A stretch of DNA of 64,000 nucleotides from Candidatus Cloacimonadales bacterium (GCA_963662655.2 CAXXTU010000002.1:64001-128000), one strand, 5' to 3'; shown: positions 44,259 to 55,197, counted from the first letter of the stretch. The notes: a model not told the origin generated them from the letters alone. Numbers and translations are program-made.

Positions 44259-46172
44259 CTAGTGCGTGACTATCTCCTTGAATGTAATCAGGTAGTGGGT
44301 GATGGTGCGAGAATTTCTTGCAAGAGGTGTGCTCGTTAGCCGGATCAGCTCCTCTCCTTCACTGGTGGAGACCTCTATGGTATAGCGAATAATCCTGTTT
44401 CTCTTGAAGCAGGAATCAAGCAGTTTTACCAGCGAATCGTGGATTTGCGGGGTGATCATTTCGAACAGCTTCAGCGGTTCGCTCACCGGTTTTTCCGTGA
44501 GGTACTTCTCGGCGTTGTTGAATACGCTGACCAGATTATGGTCATGATCGATAATGATGGACGGCGGAAGCATCGAGCGTACGATCGTTTCGTACAAAGG
44601 ATTGTCGACGGCTTTGAGGTCGGGGAGTTTGAAGTCCTTCAACGGCTCTATTGTCTCTTCGTGGATATCGTTGCTCAGGACTCCGTTCATAACGAGTTTC
44701 TCCTGCTGGATCGGTTGGAAAATCTTGAGCTTGGAATCAACAGCCTTAAACAGAACCCCTGAATCGTCGGGAGTTTCTCCGGTGCCGAGAACAAGAAATC
44801 CGTTTGGCTTCAAGGACTTGTGCAGCTTTCGGAACAGCATTGATTGGGTCTCGGGCTTGAAATACCTCGTGAGATAGCGGCAGAGGATTAAATCGATCTT
44901 CTCGATCGGATGTTGCGTGATTACGTTGTGCTTCTGGAAATTGATGAGGTTTCGCAGCTTCTCGCCTGCCTGGTAGCAACCTTCGTCATCCACGAAATAG
45001 TTCAGCAAGTAGTCCTCATCGACATCCGCGATGATCCCCGCCGGGAACGATCCTGTCTGTGCCTGCTCTAGCGATTCGTCATCGAGGTCCGTTGCATAGA
45101 GCATGACATCGCGCTTGCTATCCTCGTTCAGCGCTTCGAGCAGCAAGATTCCCATCGAGTAGGCTTCTTCCCCTGTCGAGCAGCCGATAACCCACACTTT
45201 GACTGGGGTCTTTTCCGGGTTGGTCTGGAAAATGGTGGGGAGAATCTCTTGCTCGAGGTGGCTGAACACTTCGTAATCGCGGAAAAACTTCGTGGAATTC
45301 AGGAGGATTTCGCGACTCAGCTTCTTCACTTCATCGGAGTTCTTGGAGAGGTATTTGGCGTAGTTCTCGGTCGTTTTGCACTTGCAGATGCTGGAGCGTC
45401 TCTCGATCTTCCGCTCGAGCATCTTAGGCTTGTAGTAGCTGAAATCGATTCCTGCCGTCTCGAAAAGCAACCTCAGGATGCTCTTGAACCAGTCTTCGTC
45501 CGCTTTTTCCTTTTTATTCTGGATGGCATTGTGCAGCTTGTTGCGCTGCTTGATGTAATCGTTGAGCTGCGCCGGCATTTTATCCGCTGGGAGGATGAAG
45601 TCCACGATTCCCGTCGAAACGGCGCTACATGGGATGGTGCGATTGATCTGGCAGGTCTTGTCCTGCATCATCACCATTCCGCCGTGTGCCTTGATCGCCT
45701 GACAGCCCTGGGTTCCGTCGCAAGTGTTTTCCGAGAAGATGATTCCGATGGATTTCTCGCGGAAGTTCTCTGCGAGAGATCGCAGGAAGAAATCGATCGG
45801 ATGCAACGTCTCTTTGCTGCTTGTGTCGGGAACCGAGTAGAAGCGGTTGTTGTCGATGATCAGCGTTTCATCCGGATTCGAGTAATAAAAACAATTCGGT
45901 TGGATCTCCATGTCGTTTTCGATCTGGAGGACTTTTTCGGGGGTGAATTTCTCGATCAGCATGCCCATGATGGACTGGTTTTCAAGGAGCGCTGGCTGCA
46001 AGAGAACATAGGATATTGGTTTTATCGCTTTCAGATTTGTGAGAAAAAGTTCCAGAAACTGGAGACAGTGATTGGATGCGCCAATTCCCGCGACAAAGAA
46101 TGACGGTTCATTTTGTGGCGCGGTGGGCGCAGATATCCCCTCAATGTGCGCATCCGACAGTTTAGACACCAT
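44259..46172 (-). CDS. CheB-CheR-PAS-like fusion protein with degenerate CheB site
   Basis: GIGAS, PIDFFLRSLA, GIDFSYYK, TKFFRD, GCSTGEEAYS and ATDLD; C-terminal PAS-like segment; GGAGG RBS. Confidence 0.88.
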   Translation of the reverse strand: MVSKLSDAHIEGISAPTAPQNEPSFFVAGIGASNHCLQFLELFLTNLKAIKPISYVLLQPALLENQSIMGMLIEKFTPEKVLQIENDMEIQPNCFYYSNPDETLIIDNNRFYSVPDTSSKETLHPIDFFLRSLAENFREKSIGIIFSENTCDGTQGCQAIKAHGGMVMMQDKTCQINRTIPCSAVSTGIVDFILPADKMPAQLNDYIKQRNKLHNAIQNKKEKADEDWFKSILRLLFETAGIDFSYYKPKMLERKIERRSSICKCKTTENYAKYLSKNSDEVKKLSREILLNSTKFFRDYEVFSHLEQEILPTIFQTNPEKTPVKVWVIGCSTGEEAYSMGILLLEALNEDSKRDVMLYATDLDDESLEQAQTGSFPAGIIADVDEDYLLNYFVDDEGCYQAGEKLRNLINFQKHNVITQHPIEKIDLILCRYLTRYFKPETQSMLFRKLHKSLKPNGFLVLGTGETPDDSGVLFKAVDSKLKIFQPIQQEKLVMNGVLSNDIHEETIEPLKDFKLPDLKAVDNPLYETIVRSMLPPSIIIDHDHNLVSVFNNAEKYLTEKPVSEPLKLFEMITPQIHDSLVKLLDSCFKRNRIIRYTIEVSTSEGEELIRLTSTPLARNSRTITHYLITFKEIVTH

Positions 46173-46265
46173 TTACCTCCCGGCGAGATAACTAATAAAA
46201 AAATACTGGAAAATTCTGGAATGTCAAGCACAAGGTTTGTATTTGGTGCCAGCAAAAAGAGATAT

Positions 46266-46300
46266 AAAAAAGGGAGCGAGGCCGTATACCCGCTCCCTTC
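46266..46300 (-). terminator. Intrinsic terminator after PEPCK
   Basis: AAGGGAGCG...CGCTCCCTT stem with an A-tract on the left. Confidence 0.75.
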
Positions 46301-46359
46301 AGGCAGTTAATGTTGCTGCTCCAATATGATATTTTTATAAATATTAGAGATTTCCCGGG

Positions 46360-48090
46360 CTATTTTGTTTGAAGAACATCCTCGAGATGCTTCAAAAGTT
46401 CCGGCTTTTGCTGCAGATCGGACGATGAAAGAAACTCTCTACGCTGGGAGAAACGATCCTGAACCAGCGAGACGTATTCGTCTTTGTTCTCACGGTTTTC
46501 CGGATTGTAACGGTCGTAATATCCCGGAAGCGCTTTTTCGACGGAATCCTTCGTGGGGATCATAATCCCCGGGATTGTACCCCATTCTTCCCATTCCAGT
46601 TGATCGGTCAGGATCATGGTCTGGAGCATGAGGGATGTCTTCAGCGGGATGGACTCCAGATTGTCTTCCGACGATTTCCAGTAGCCGCGGGAGTTGAACG
46701 CGTAAACGTCGGCTCCGTGGTTGATCACATCCAGGAACGCAGCCACGTCTTTGTGGAGTTCGTAAACGCGGAACGGGTTTGCGAAAGGCTCGAAGACGAG
46801 ACGCTTGAGTTCTTCTTCGGTTACGTTTTCTGCCCGGTTTCGTTTGGTGATGAGCGATGCGCCCATGGCAACCGCGAGGTATTCGTTGCTGAATTTCACC
46901 ACCGGCGGCAGGATCACGTCCTTCATGAGCCAGCACAGCGCTTGCGGGAAGGAGCAGCGATTGACCCACTTTCCGAGAAGGTCGCGGTCGAGCAGCGCTC
47001 TTCCGTTGCTTTGGCGAAGATCGAGGCCAACGGGGATCATTTTTCCGTCGATGTTGACCAGCGCATGGTTCATCAGGCTAAGCGCGTACTTCCAGTCCGG
47101 GTGATCCGGGGGGCGGCTGTCGGTCTTGTCGAAGAGCGATGGTTCCCAAACGCGGCACACCTTTTCGACGGTGTCGATCTGGAAGGCGTCGTCGTGAAGG
47201 ACGACATTCTTGAAGCCCTCCGGAAGGGTCCCGCCGTTGTCGTGGCTGTTCGTGTGGGAAGACTTCCCGGTTCCGGAGAGTCCGTAGAAGGCGATGGAGC
47301 GTTTGCCTAATTCGTGATATTTTCTGTCGGCGCACTGCGTGAAATCGATTTCTTTGATACCGCCGTGGCATGCAGCCATTCCAAGGCGCATTCCGGATGT
47401 CCAGGCGAGCGTGAGGGTGCCTTTCTTCCTTTCGCCGAAGTAGCGCATACCGAGGTTGAAGATCACGTTGTGTTTTTCGTCGACCAGTGCGAGCTGAGGC
47501 GCGCCTACGTTGTGGTAGTACTTGTCCTCGCAGGTCCACTCGTTGAAAGCGACGATAACGATGTCCTGAATTGGAAGCTTCTTGCTTGCTTCGTACTGCT
47601 CGGCAACGAGCTCGTAAGGTGTGAAGTTAACCAGCCAGTTGAATACGTTCATCGCGTCGGATTCGGTTGTGACGAAATGTGCTTTGATCATCAGGTCGTT
47701 GTCCAGGCCAAGAACGCCTTCCGCGCGGATGAGGTTGGCGTGCTCGAGGTTGAAAACGGCTTCTCTGATGTCCCCTTCCACCTTATTCTTCTCGAGTTCA
47801 TCCATTCGGTTGTAGAACCTTCTTGCCTTGGCGGTACGTCCGATGATTTTGCCGTGGCAATCATTGAGGACCCTTGCGCCTTTGGGCAGTCCGAGGCGTT
47901 TTGCAGCTTCAGGATAGATCTCGAGGTCGGTTTCTGAAACACCCGGCTGTTTCAAGGCGATTTCATACGCCTCGGCAGCTGTTACTTTTCGAACTTTGGG
48001 ATTCCATAGAACGGTTTCTGCGATTGCTCGCACACGTGAGATTTCTGTTAGTTCTGAGTAATACTCGAAACTTGACTTGCTAGCCATCAT
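46360..48090 (-). CDS. pckA: Phosphoenolpyruvate carboxykinase (ATP) family
   Basis: YFGERKKG, H, GLSGTGKS (P-loop), HDD, NGR and PFANPF motifs. Confidence 0.85.
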   Translation of the reverse strand: MMASKSSFEYYSELTEISRVRAIAETVLWNPKVRKVTAAEAYEIALKQPGVSETDLEIYPEAAKRLGLPKGARVLNDCHGKIIGRTAKARRFYNRMDELEKNKVEGDIREAVFNLEHANLIRAEGVLGLDNDLMIKAHFVTTESDAMNVFNWLVNFTPYELVAEQYEASKKLPIQDIVIVAFNEWTCEDKYYHNVGAPQLALVDEKHNVIFNLGMRYFGERKKGTLTLAWTSGMRLGMAACHGGIKEIDFTQCADRKYHELGKRSIAFYGLSGTGKSSHTNSHDNGGTLPEGFKNVVLHDDAFQIDTVEKVCRVWEPSLFDKTDSRPPDHPDWKYALSLMNHALVNIDGKMIPVGLDLRQSNGRALLDRDLLGKWVNRCSFPQALCWLMKDVILPPVVKFSNEYLAVAMGASLITKRNRAENVTEEELKRLVFEPFANPFRVYELHKDVAAFLDVINHGADVYAFNSRGYWKSSEDNLESIPLKTSLMLQTMILTDQLEWEEWGTIPGIMIPTKDSVEKALPGYYDRYNPENRENKDEYVSLVQDRFSQRREFLSSSDLQQKPELLKHLEDVLQTK

Positions 48091-48325
48091 TCCTCCGAAA
48101 TATTGAATAATGAATGTGCAAGGGATAGAAATCGAAACGATTCCGTCAATACAATTTGTTCTCTATTAGCCTTTATTTTAAATGAATACGGCTCATTTAT
48201 TGAGGATTCTTCGTGTGGTGCCGGAAGCAGGTAGATCGAATCGTCGTATCCTTTTGCAAAACACAATTAAAAGATTGCATGCTCGGCTGCGAAACCTCAT
48301 GCGGCAAAGGACCGATCAAGCCTCC

Positions 48326-49624
48326 TCACTCGAAGGAAGACTGCAGGTGTTCGATGGCGCGATCGGAGAGGGCTTGCTTTTTCTTTTTCTTATCGCGGAT
48401 GTTCTCCTCGAGTGGAGGGAGCAGCCCGTAATTGGCGTTCATGGGCTGGAAGTTTTTCATGGGGGTCGTGATATGTCTTTGCAGTTGCCCGATGATGGTC
48501 GTCTCGGGGAGCAGCCGGTATTCTCCGGCAACACTGAGCGCTGCAAGCAATCCGCCGGTGATCGATTCGATGTATCCTTCCACACCGGAGAGTTGCCCGG
48601 CGAGGTATACCCCGGAAGCCTTCCTGAGCGAGAGGTCTTTGTTGAGAATTCCGGGCGAATTGAGGTAGGTGTTGCGGTGGATGGAGCCGAAGCGTTCGAA
48701 GTTGGCGTTCTCCAGTCCGGGAATGAGGCGGAAGATGCGTTTTTGCTCTGGATACCGGAGCATTGTCTGGCAGCCCACGAGGTTGTAGGCGGTCCTCTCG
48801 CTGTTCTCGGCGCGGAGCTGAATGGCGGCCCAGGGCCTGCGGTCGGTACGGGGATCCTCGAGCCCGACGGGTCGCATGACACCGTAGCGCAGCGTGTCCT
48901 TGTCCCGCGATGCGAGCTCTTCGATGGGGACGCAGTTCTCGTAGAACTGGAATCCGATATCACGGAACCATTGATTTTCGAACTCGTGGGCCTCGTGCTT
49001 TTCTCCTGCGCGAAGGGCTTCAACGAAGGCAAGGTACTCCTCCTTGTTGAAGGGGCAGTTCAGGTAGTCGCTTTCCCCTTTATCGTAGCGCGATTTGGAG
49101 TAGCAGATATCCATATCGATGGAATCGGCGGAAACGATGGGCGCGATGGCGTCGAAGAAATAGAGCTGTTCCTCTCCAAGTAAGGTCAGGAGCGACTGGA
49201 CCATCCGATCCGAAGTCAGGGGGCCTGTCGCGATAATAACGGGAGGCTCGGGGATTTCTTTTACCTCTTCCCGAATGAGCTCGATATTTGGATGGCTTTC
49301 GAGAATTTGCTGCATGTCTTCGGCGAAGAGGATGCGGTCGATTGCCAGAGCATTACCCGCCGGAACACGGCGCTTCTCCGCAAGATCGAGAAGCTTGCAG
49401 TTCAGTAAACGCAATTCGGCTTTGAGCAGCCCGGAAGCGGTGGTGATCAGGTCCGATTTGAGAGAGTTGCTGCATACCAGCTCAGCGGGTAATCCCGTGT
49501 GATGTGCGGGTGTCATTTTGTGTGGACGCATCTCGTATAGGTTTACCTTCCAGCCTCTTTCCGCAAGTTGCAAAGCGGCTTCGCATCCGGCAAGGCCGGC
49601 GCCGACGATCGTTATTTCTTTCAT
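48326..49624 (-). CDS. trmFO: Folate/FAD-dependent tRNA (uracil-54) methyltransferase
   Basis: GAGLAGCEAA, ELVCSNS, ATGPLT, FFDAIAPI, LRYG.MRPVGL, HRNTY and AGQLSGVEGY. Confidence 0.97.
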   Translation of the reverse strand: MKEITIVGAGLAGCEAALQLAERGWKVNLYEMRPHKMTPAHHTGLPAELVCSNSLKSDLITTASGLLKAELRLLNCKLLDLAEKRRVPAGNALAIDRILFAEDMQQILESHPNIELIREEVKEIPEPPVIIATGPLTSDRMVQSLLTLLGEEQLYFFDAIAPIVSADSIDMDICYSKSRYDKGESDYLNCPFNKEEYLAFVEALRAGEKHEAHEFENQWFRDIGFQFYENCVPIEELASRDKDTLRYGVMRPVGLEDPRTDRRPWAAIQLRAENSERTAYNLVGCQTMLRYPEQKRIFRLIPGLENANFERFGSIHRNTYLNSPGILNKDLSLRKASGVYLAGQLSGVEGYIESITGGLLAALSVAGEYRLLPETTIIGQLQRHITTPMKNFQPMNANYGLLPPLEENIRDKKKKKQALSDRAIEHLQSSFE

Positions 49625-49696
49625 GAAAACTCCTGCTCCTTCATTCGTTGCTTGACACGCAAATCAAAGGTTCATTCTTTGTGCAGTGAGGTCAAC

Positions 49697-50671
49697 ATGA
49701 AAAAGCGAATTCTAATCGTTACAACAGGCGGAACCATCGCCATGAAGTTCGAAGAGGACAAGGGCGTCGTTCCCGGCGTCGATCCCATCGGCTTCCTTAA
49801 ATCCTTCCCACAGCTTCTGCATACGGCGGAAATCGAGGTGTTCGAGTACTCCAATATCCCCAGCCCCTATATGACTCCCGAAAAAATGTTCGATCTGGCC
49901 AGGCAGGTGGATATCAAGATTATCGATTTCGATGGAATCGTTATCACGCACGGCACCGACACGCTGGAAGAGACGGCGTATATGCTGGATCTGGTACTGA
50001 CCTCCCGCAAGCCGGTCGTGTTCACTGCCGCGATGCGGAGCGGAACGGACCTCGGGCTGGATGGCCCGAGGAACATCGTTGGCGCGGTGCGCGTCGCGAG
50101 CTGCGAGGAATCGATCGACAAGGGCGTTCTCGTGGTGATGAACGATGAAATTCACTCTGCGAGAGACATCGTAAAGGCAAACACCGGCAAGGTGGAGTCG
50201 TTTATTTCCAAGGATTACGGAATCCTCGGTATCGTTGACCCCGACAAGATCGTGTACCACCGGCAGATGATCGGCAGAGAGACGGTCTGGACGGACGAGC
50301 TGGAGACGAATATCGACCTCATTCGTGCTTGCGCCGGTATGGATGGAAGATTCGTCGAATGCTCCATAGCGAAGGGCGCGAAGGCGATTGTAATCGAGGC
50401 TTTCGGGCGCGGAAACCTGCCGATCGAGATGATACCGTCTATCGAGGAAGCGGTCGCGAGAAATATCCTGGTTGTGATCGTTTCGCGGTCATACTCCGGG
50501 CGTGTGTTGCCCGAGTACGGCTACGATGGCGGGGGAATGCATTTGCAACGAATCGGCGTGATTTTGGGCGGTGATTACAGGGGACACAAAGCGCGTATCA
50601 AACTGATGGCTCTGTTCGGAAAATACAAAGATCCGGGATTGGTGCGTAAGTTCTTCCTGAACTCGTTATAG
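49697..50671 (+). CDS. ansA: L-asparaginase (cytoplasmic)
   Basis: TTGGTIA and HGTDTLEET motifs; no signal peptide; GAGG RBS before ATG 49697. Confidence 0.92.
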   Translation: MKKRILIVTTGGTIAMKFEEDKGVVPGVDPIGFLKSFPQLLHTAEIEVFEYSNIPSPYMTPEKMFDLARQVDIKIIDFDGIVITHGTDTLEETAYMLDLVLTSRKPVVFTAAMRSGTDLGLDGPRNIVGAVRVASCEESIDKGVLVVMNDEIHSARDIVKANTGKVESFISKDYGILGIVDPDKIVYHRQMIGRETVWTDELETNIDLIRACAGMDGRFVECSIAKGAKAIVIEAFGRGNLPIEMIPSIEEAVARNILVVIVSRSYSGRVLPEYGYDGGGMHLQRIGVILGGDYRGHKARIKLMALFGKYKDPGLVRKFFLNSL

Positions 50672-50721
50672 TTTTCGAAAGATCGATTGATTCATACATT
50701 CAGGCTTTCCGGTTTCGCTCG

Positions 50722-50940
50722 TTATCCAATGTGCTGAGCTTTCGTATCCATGCTGGAAAACGTCGAGTAATCGATGTCGAGATCGACATCGAGCATGCTG
50801 GTTTCCGGCAAGTCCGTTTCCCGGTAGTTGCTCTTTGTTCTGGCCGTACCACTCTCCATTGACAATCCGCATGCAAACGAGGATTGATCGATCTGATCCG
50901 ACTGGCTGTTTGAATAAGAAAATAATCTTCTGTGCTCCAT
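50722..50940 (-). CDS. Small acidic hypothetical protein (72 aa)
   Basis: GAGG RBS 5 nt before ATG 50940 inside an otherwise empty 470-bp gap; no recognisable motif. Confidence 0.35.
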   Translation of the reverse strand: MEHRRLFSYSNSQSDQIDQSSFACGLSMESGTARTKSNYRETDLPETSMLDVDLDIDYSTFSSMDTKAQHIG

Positions 50941-51144
50941 TTTGACCTCACATATTTCAGTAATATTGCCTAATACTGCATATGTGGTGCCAAAATGATC
51001 CATGATTCAAAATAGTTGGTAATCTGTTGTAGCGTATGAAAATAAAAGTTTCCAGGACGTTGTTTCTGGCTGATGTTCACTTCAATCATTTTGAGTGAAT
51101 CATTCAAAATGACCTATCATTTTGCGGAGCGCTGAATCGGGCAA

Positions 51145-52125
51145 TTACTGGCGAAGCATCTCCAGGAAACTCTCGACGCGCAGACGCGAGCGCGAGTCCA
51201 GCTTCCCGGGCCGATCCCCTTCGAGCGTGAGGGTGGGAACGGTCAGGCGCTTTTTCAGGATGATGTTGTCGATCTGGCGATGGCAGAAGGCCTGCGTATA
51301 GCTGATGATGCCGTCCAGGCGGCGCGCTTCGATCTGCTCTGCGATGTCCTTCACGCGGTCGAATACGGAATACGGGTAGGTGTAGCACGTATACTGATCG
51401 AGGATATCCGCCTCGAGATACGGCATCGCGAACTGCCGTTGCACTTCGTTGAACACGATGGGCGCTCCCTGCTCCTGCATGAAGTCGTAAAGATCGCCGA
51501 TGATGGGGGGGACTCCGATGAATCCCAGTCGGAGATCGGCTTTGAGGGGAGCGCGCTGCGACGCCTCCTCCAGGAAGTCGTTCAGCCTCGTCTCATATAA
51601 GTCCGGATTTCCTTCGAAGTCGGAGGCGTTGACCAGCCACAGGTGGTTCTCCAGGCCGGTGACTTTTCCATCCTGCCACGTCATGCGATCCAGCTCGATC
51701 AACTTCCCGCGGATTTGGTCCAGGCGTACTTTCGCTTCCTGCGTCTGCTGCCGCGAAACTGCGAAACGCTTCTCCAGCCTGCGAATTTCCTTATCGAGCT
51801 CCTCCCGGTTTTTATCGTAGGGGAAGGAGAAAGGAATGACATCGATGCCTTGCTCGTGGTAGAGGCTCATGAGCGAATGCGTGTTGGAGCAATCGCCTCC
51901 GGTGATCCCCACGATGGTGTCGAATTGGTTCTTTCCGACGGTGTATAGCCCTTTGATCCAAGCGCACACGTTGCGCGGAAAGCCGTCGAATTCGGCGGCT
52001 TCCACCATGTCCCCCGCCTCGCCGGTGATAAAGATATTGTTGAGATCGACGGGCGTGTTACCGGCGGCAAAGACCGTCTCGACCGGGAATGACGAGGTGA
52101 AGCCGATCCGCTTCGTCGCTCCCAT
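51145..52125 (-). CDS. 2-hydroxyacyl-CoA dehydratase (HgdB/FldC-like D-component) family protein
   Basis: GFPRNVCAWIKG, GGDCS, QAFCH and TLEGD...RVESFLEM; Cys pattern of this Fe-S family. Confidence 0.85.
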   Translation of the reverse strand: MGATKRIGFTSSFPVETVFAAGNTPVDLNNIFITGEAGDMVEAAEFDGFPRNVCAWIKGLYTVGKNQFDTIVGITGGDCSNTHSLMSLYHEQGIDVIPFSFPYDKNREELDKEIRRLEKRFAVSRQQTQEAKVRLDQIRGKLIELDRMTWQDGKVTGLENHLWLVNASDFEGNPDLYETRLNDFLEEASQRAPLKADLRLGFIGVPPIIGDLYDFMQEQGAPIVFNEVQRQFAMPYLEADILDQYTCYTYPYSVFDRVKDIAEQIEARRLDGIISYTQAFCHRQIDNIILKKRLTVPTLTLEGDRPGKLDSRSRLRVESFLEMLRQ

Positions 52126-54012
52126 TAGCTGCTCAACTCCAGGTATTGATCTTCCATCTCTTCCTTGTCACGCGTGAGTTTCGCAATGATCTCCTTCAGC
52201 TCCAGGATATCCTGTTGCAGCACCTTGATCTTGTCGGGGTCGCTGTACATAGCCGGATCCGCATATGTGATTTCCTTCTGATGGAGCATTTCACGTTTTT
52301 CATCGATATCGCTTTCCAGCTTCTCGATGTCCCTCATCATTCGCTCGAGGATGATCGGATTTGTGCGCTGCTGTTTGCTCGCGGGACGCTGCTCCTTCTC
52401 GGCCGGGCCTTTTCTCTTCTGAGTCTTGCGCTCCAAATCGAAGAGCTCTTGAATGGAGAGCTCCGTTTCTTCCACCGCGCCGCTACCGAAGAACCATTTC
52501 TTCGTGGCTACATTTTCCACGAAGTGCAGATCGTGCGATACGAACATGATGGTTCCCGTGTACTGCTGGAGCGCGAGCTCGAGGTTTTGAACCGTGAGGA
52601 TATCCAGGTGGTTGGTGGGCTCGTCAAGGATGAGCAGATTCGGTTTCTGCATGATGAGGACGGAAAGATAAAGCCTTGCCTTCTCGCCGCCGCTGAGGAC
52701 GTCCACGTATTTTTCGAGGTCGGCTCCGTAGAAGCCGAAGCGCGCCAGGTATCCGATCACTTCTCCCTGTGGGGCGCCGGGCATGAGGTCCCATATCGTC
52801 TCGCGGATCGTCTTTCCGTTCACGAGATTGATGTGCATCTGGTCGTAGTAACCGATGTTGAGACTCGCACCGCGATAGAGATTTCCCGAGAGGATCGGTT
52901 GCTCGCCGATGAGCGTTCGCAGGAGGGTCGTTTTCCCCGAACCGTTCCGCCCGATGATGGCGATGCGATCCTGGTAAAATACGTTGAGATCGATGTGCTC
53001 GGCCAGCTTGAGATTCTTGAATCCCACCGCGCAGTTTTCCAGACGGAAAACGTCGTTTCCACTCCTGCCGTTGCTCTCGATGCGGAGCTTAACGGCGGAT
53101 TCGGTGGTGGGCTTCTCGATGCGCTCGAGCTTGTCCAGCATTCTCAGACGAGACTTCGCCTGCTGTACCTTCTGTCCCGCCATGTTTCTGCGGATAAAGT
53201 CTTCGGTTTTTTCGATCAGCTTCTTCTGCTGTTTGAACTGCCGGAGCTGCGTTTCTTCCTGGCGCTCCTTGGTCGCCTCGAAGGTGGAATAATTACCGCC
53301 GTACAGGAAGAGACGTTTCTCGCGGATCTCCGCGATCTTGGTCACGGTGGCGTCGAGAAAATGGCGATCGTGGCTGATGATCAGGTAGGGCCTGCCCAGC
53401 GACGGCAGGTACTTCTCCAGCCAGAAGATCATGCTGAAATCGAGGTGATTGGTGGGCTCGTCCATGAGGAGGAGATCGAACGGCTCCAGCAGGATTCTGG
53501 CGAGCTGGGTACGTGTCTTCTCTCCGCCGCTGAGCAGCGCGATCTTGCGATCCCATAGCGGACGCAACAGGTTGAGCTTTGTCAGGACGATTTCAAGCTG
53601 ATTTTCGTAGTTGAAGCCATCCAGGGCGAGAAACCTGTCGTTGAGTTCCGCCAGTTGTACCTGGTTCTCCTGCGTGTTGCTTTGCGCGAGGGCGTGCTCC
53701 GCCTCCCGGATGTCTTTGTGCAACTGAATGATGTCTTCCCGTGCGCCGGAGACGTATTGATAGACCGTCTGGTCTTCCCGGCAGCTCTGGATCCTGTGTT
53801 AGGTAGGCAATGCGACACCGGTTCGCCACCTGAGGCGTGCCTTCGCTGGGCGTCATGCGGCCCAGAACCATCTCCAGAAGGGTGGTCTTCCCGCAGCCGT
53901 TTCGCCCCACGAGACCGATGCGCGTGTTGTGCTCGATGGAGAGCGACAGATTGTCGAACAGGGTGAATCCGCCGAAGTGGTGCGTCAGCCCTGATATGGA
54001 TACTAAACTCAT
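52125..54012 (-). pseudogene. ABC-F family ATPase (Uup/YheS-like) interrupted by a +1 frameshift (real or sequencing error)
   Basis: N-terminus MSLVSISGL...GRNGCGKTT...IAYLTQDPELP from ATG 54012. Removing one G of GGG (53779-53777) joins it to EDQTVYQYV...LHKDIRE and the 52125-53723 ORF with LSGGE, DEPTNHLD and a second ABC domain. Confidence 0.85.
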
Positions 54013-54146
54013 TGCAATTTCCTTTATTCTATTCCGGTGGCGAAGTACGCGAACACATTTTCCCGATTGAGAATATCGCACAAGATTTTTCTTGCCATCT
54101 ATTTCCCGCCAGCGAGTTTGACCTCAAAGAATCACTGGAGGTTTGT

Positions 54147-55145
54147 ATGGCTTTCAATCTGAAAAACAGACATTTTCTTACCCTTCTGGACTTTACACCG
54201 AGGGAAATTCGTTTTCTTCTGGACCTTTCCAGAGATCTGAAAAACGCAAAATACGCCGGACTCGAGCAGAAGAAGCTTACCGGCAAGAATATCGCATTGA
54301 TCTTCGAAAAATCATCGACCCGCACACGTTGCGCGTTTGAAGTGGCAGCTTACGATCAGGGCGCGCACGTTACCTATCTCGGACCGTCCGGAAGCCAGAT
54401 CGGCCACAAGGAAACCATGAAGGACACCGCTCGCGTTCTTGGCGGCATGTACGACGGTATCGAGTACCGCGGTTATGGACAGGCTATCGTGGAAGAGCTT
54501 GCCGATAACGCCGGCGTTCCCGTATGGAACGGCCTGACCGACGAGTTTCATCCGACTCAGGTGCTGGCGGATTTCCTCACCGCGCACGAATGCCTTCGCA
54601 AACCGTACGAAGATATTACGTTCGCGTATGTTGGCGATGCACGCAACAACGTGTGTAACTCGCTCATGGTGGGCGCTGCCAAGATGGGTATGGACTTCCG
54701 TGCCGTGGGACCAAAGAGCCTTCAGCCCAATGCCGAACTGCTAGCCAAGTGCATGGAAATCGCAAAGGAAACCGGCGCAAAGATCACCGTGACCGACGAT
54801 CCGAAAGAGGGCGTCAAGGGTGCGGACGTGATTTACACCGACGTCTGGGTATCGATGGGCGAGCCGGCGGAAGTATGGGAAGAACGCATCAAATTGCTCA
54901 AACCGTTCCAGGTCAACCGCGAGCTCATGGAAGCAACCGGCAACAAGGGAACCATCTTCCTGCACTGCCTGCCTTCCTTCCACAACACCGATACAAAAGT
55001 CGGCAAGGAAATCTACGAGAAATTCGGAATCACCGAGATGGAAGTGACCGACGAGGTCTTCGAGAGCGCGCAGTCGCACGTTTTCCAGGAAGCGGAAAAC
55101 CGCATGCACACCATCAAGGCAGTCATGGTGGCCACACTCGGTTAA
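54147..55145 (+). CDS. argF: Ornithine carbamoyltransferase
   Basis: [22 protein letters not shown] and HCLP; GGAGG RBS. The N-terminus [11 protein letters not shown] resembles catabolic ArcB-type enzymes. Confidence 0.96.
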   Translation: MAFNLKNRHFLTLLDFTPREIRFLLDLSRDLKNAKYAGLEQKKLTGKNIALIFEKSSTRTRCAFEVAAYDQGAHVTYLGPSGSQIGHKETMKDTARVLGGMYDGIEYRGYGQAIVEELADNAGVPVWNGLTDEFHPTQVLADFLTAHECLRKPYEDITFAYVGDARNNVCNSLMVGAAKMGMDFRAVGPKSLQPNAELLAKCMEIAKETGAKITVTDDPKEGVKGADVIYTDVWVSMGEPAEVWEERIKLLKPFQVNRELMEATGNKGTIFLHCLPSFHNTDTKVGKEIYEKFGITEMEVTDEVFESAQSHVFQEAENRMHTIKAVMVATLG

Positions 55146-55166
55146 CCCGGTATTACATACTATTGC

Positions 55167-55197
55167 AAAGGGACGAAGCGATTCGTCCCTTTTTTTT
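55167..55197 (+). terminator. Intrinsic terminator
   Basis: AAAGGGACGAA-GCGA-TTCGTCCCTTT followed by a T-tract. Confidence 0.88.

Noticed and set aside
52146..53558. Long antisense ORF (470 aa) and similar shadows such as 48182-49183, 37166-38137, 45249-46103 and 24625-25503
   Set aside because: They lie opposite well-supported genes, lack motifs, and are expected from codon bias in GC-rich DNA.
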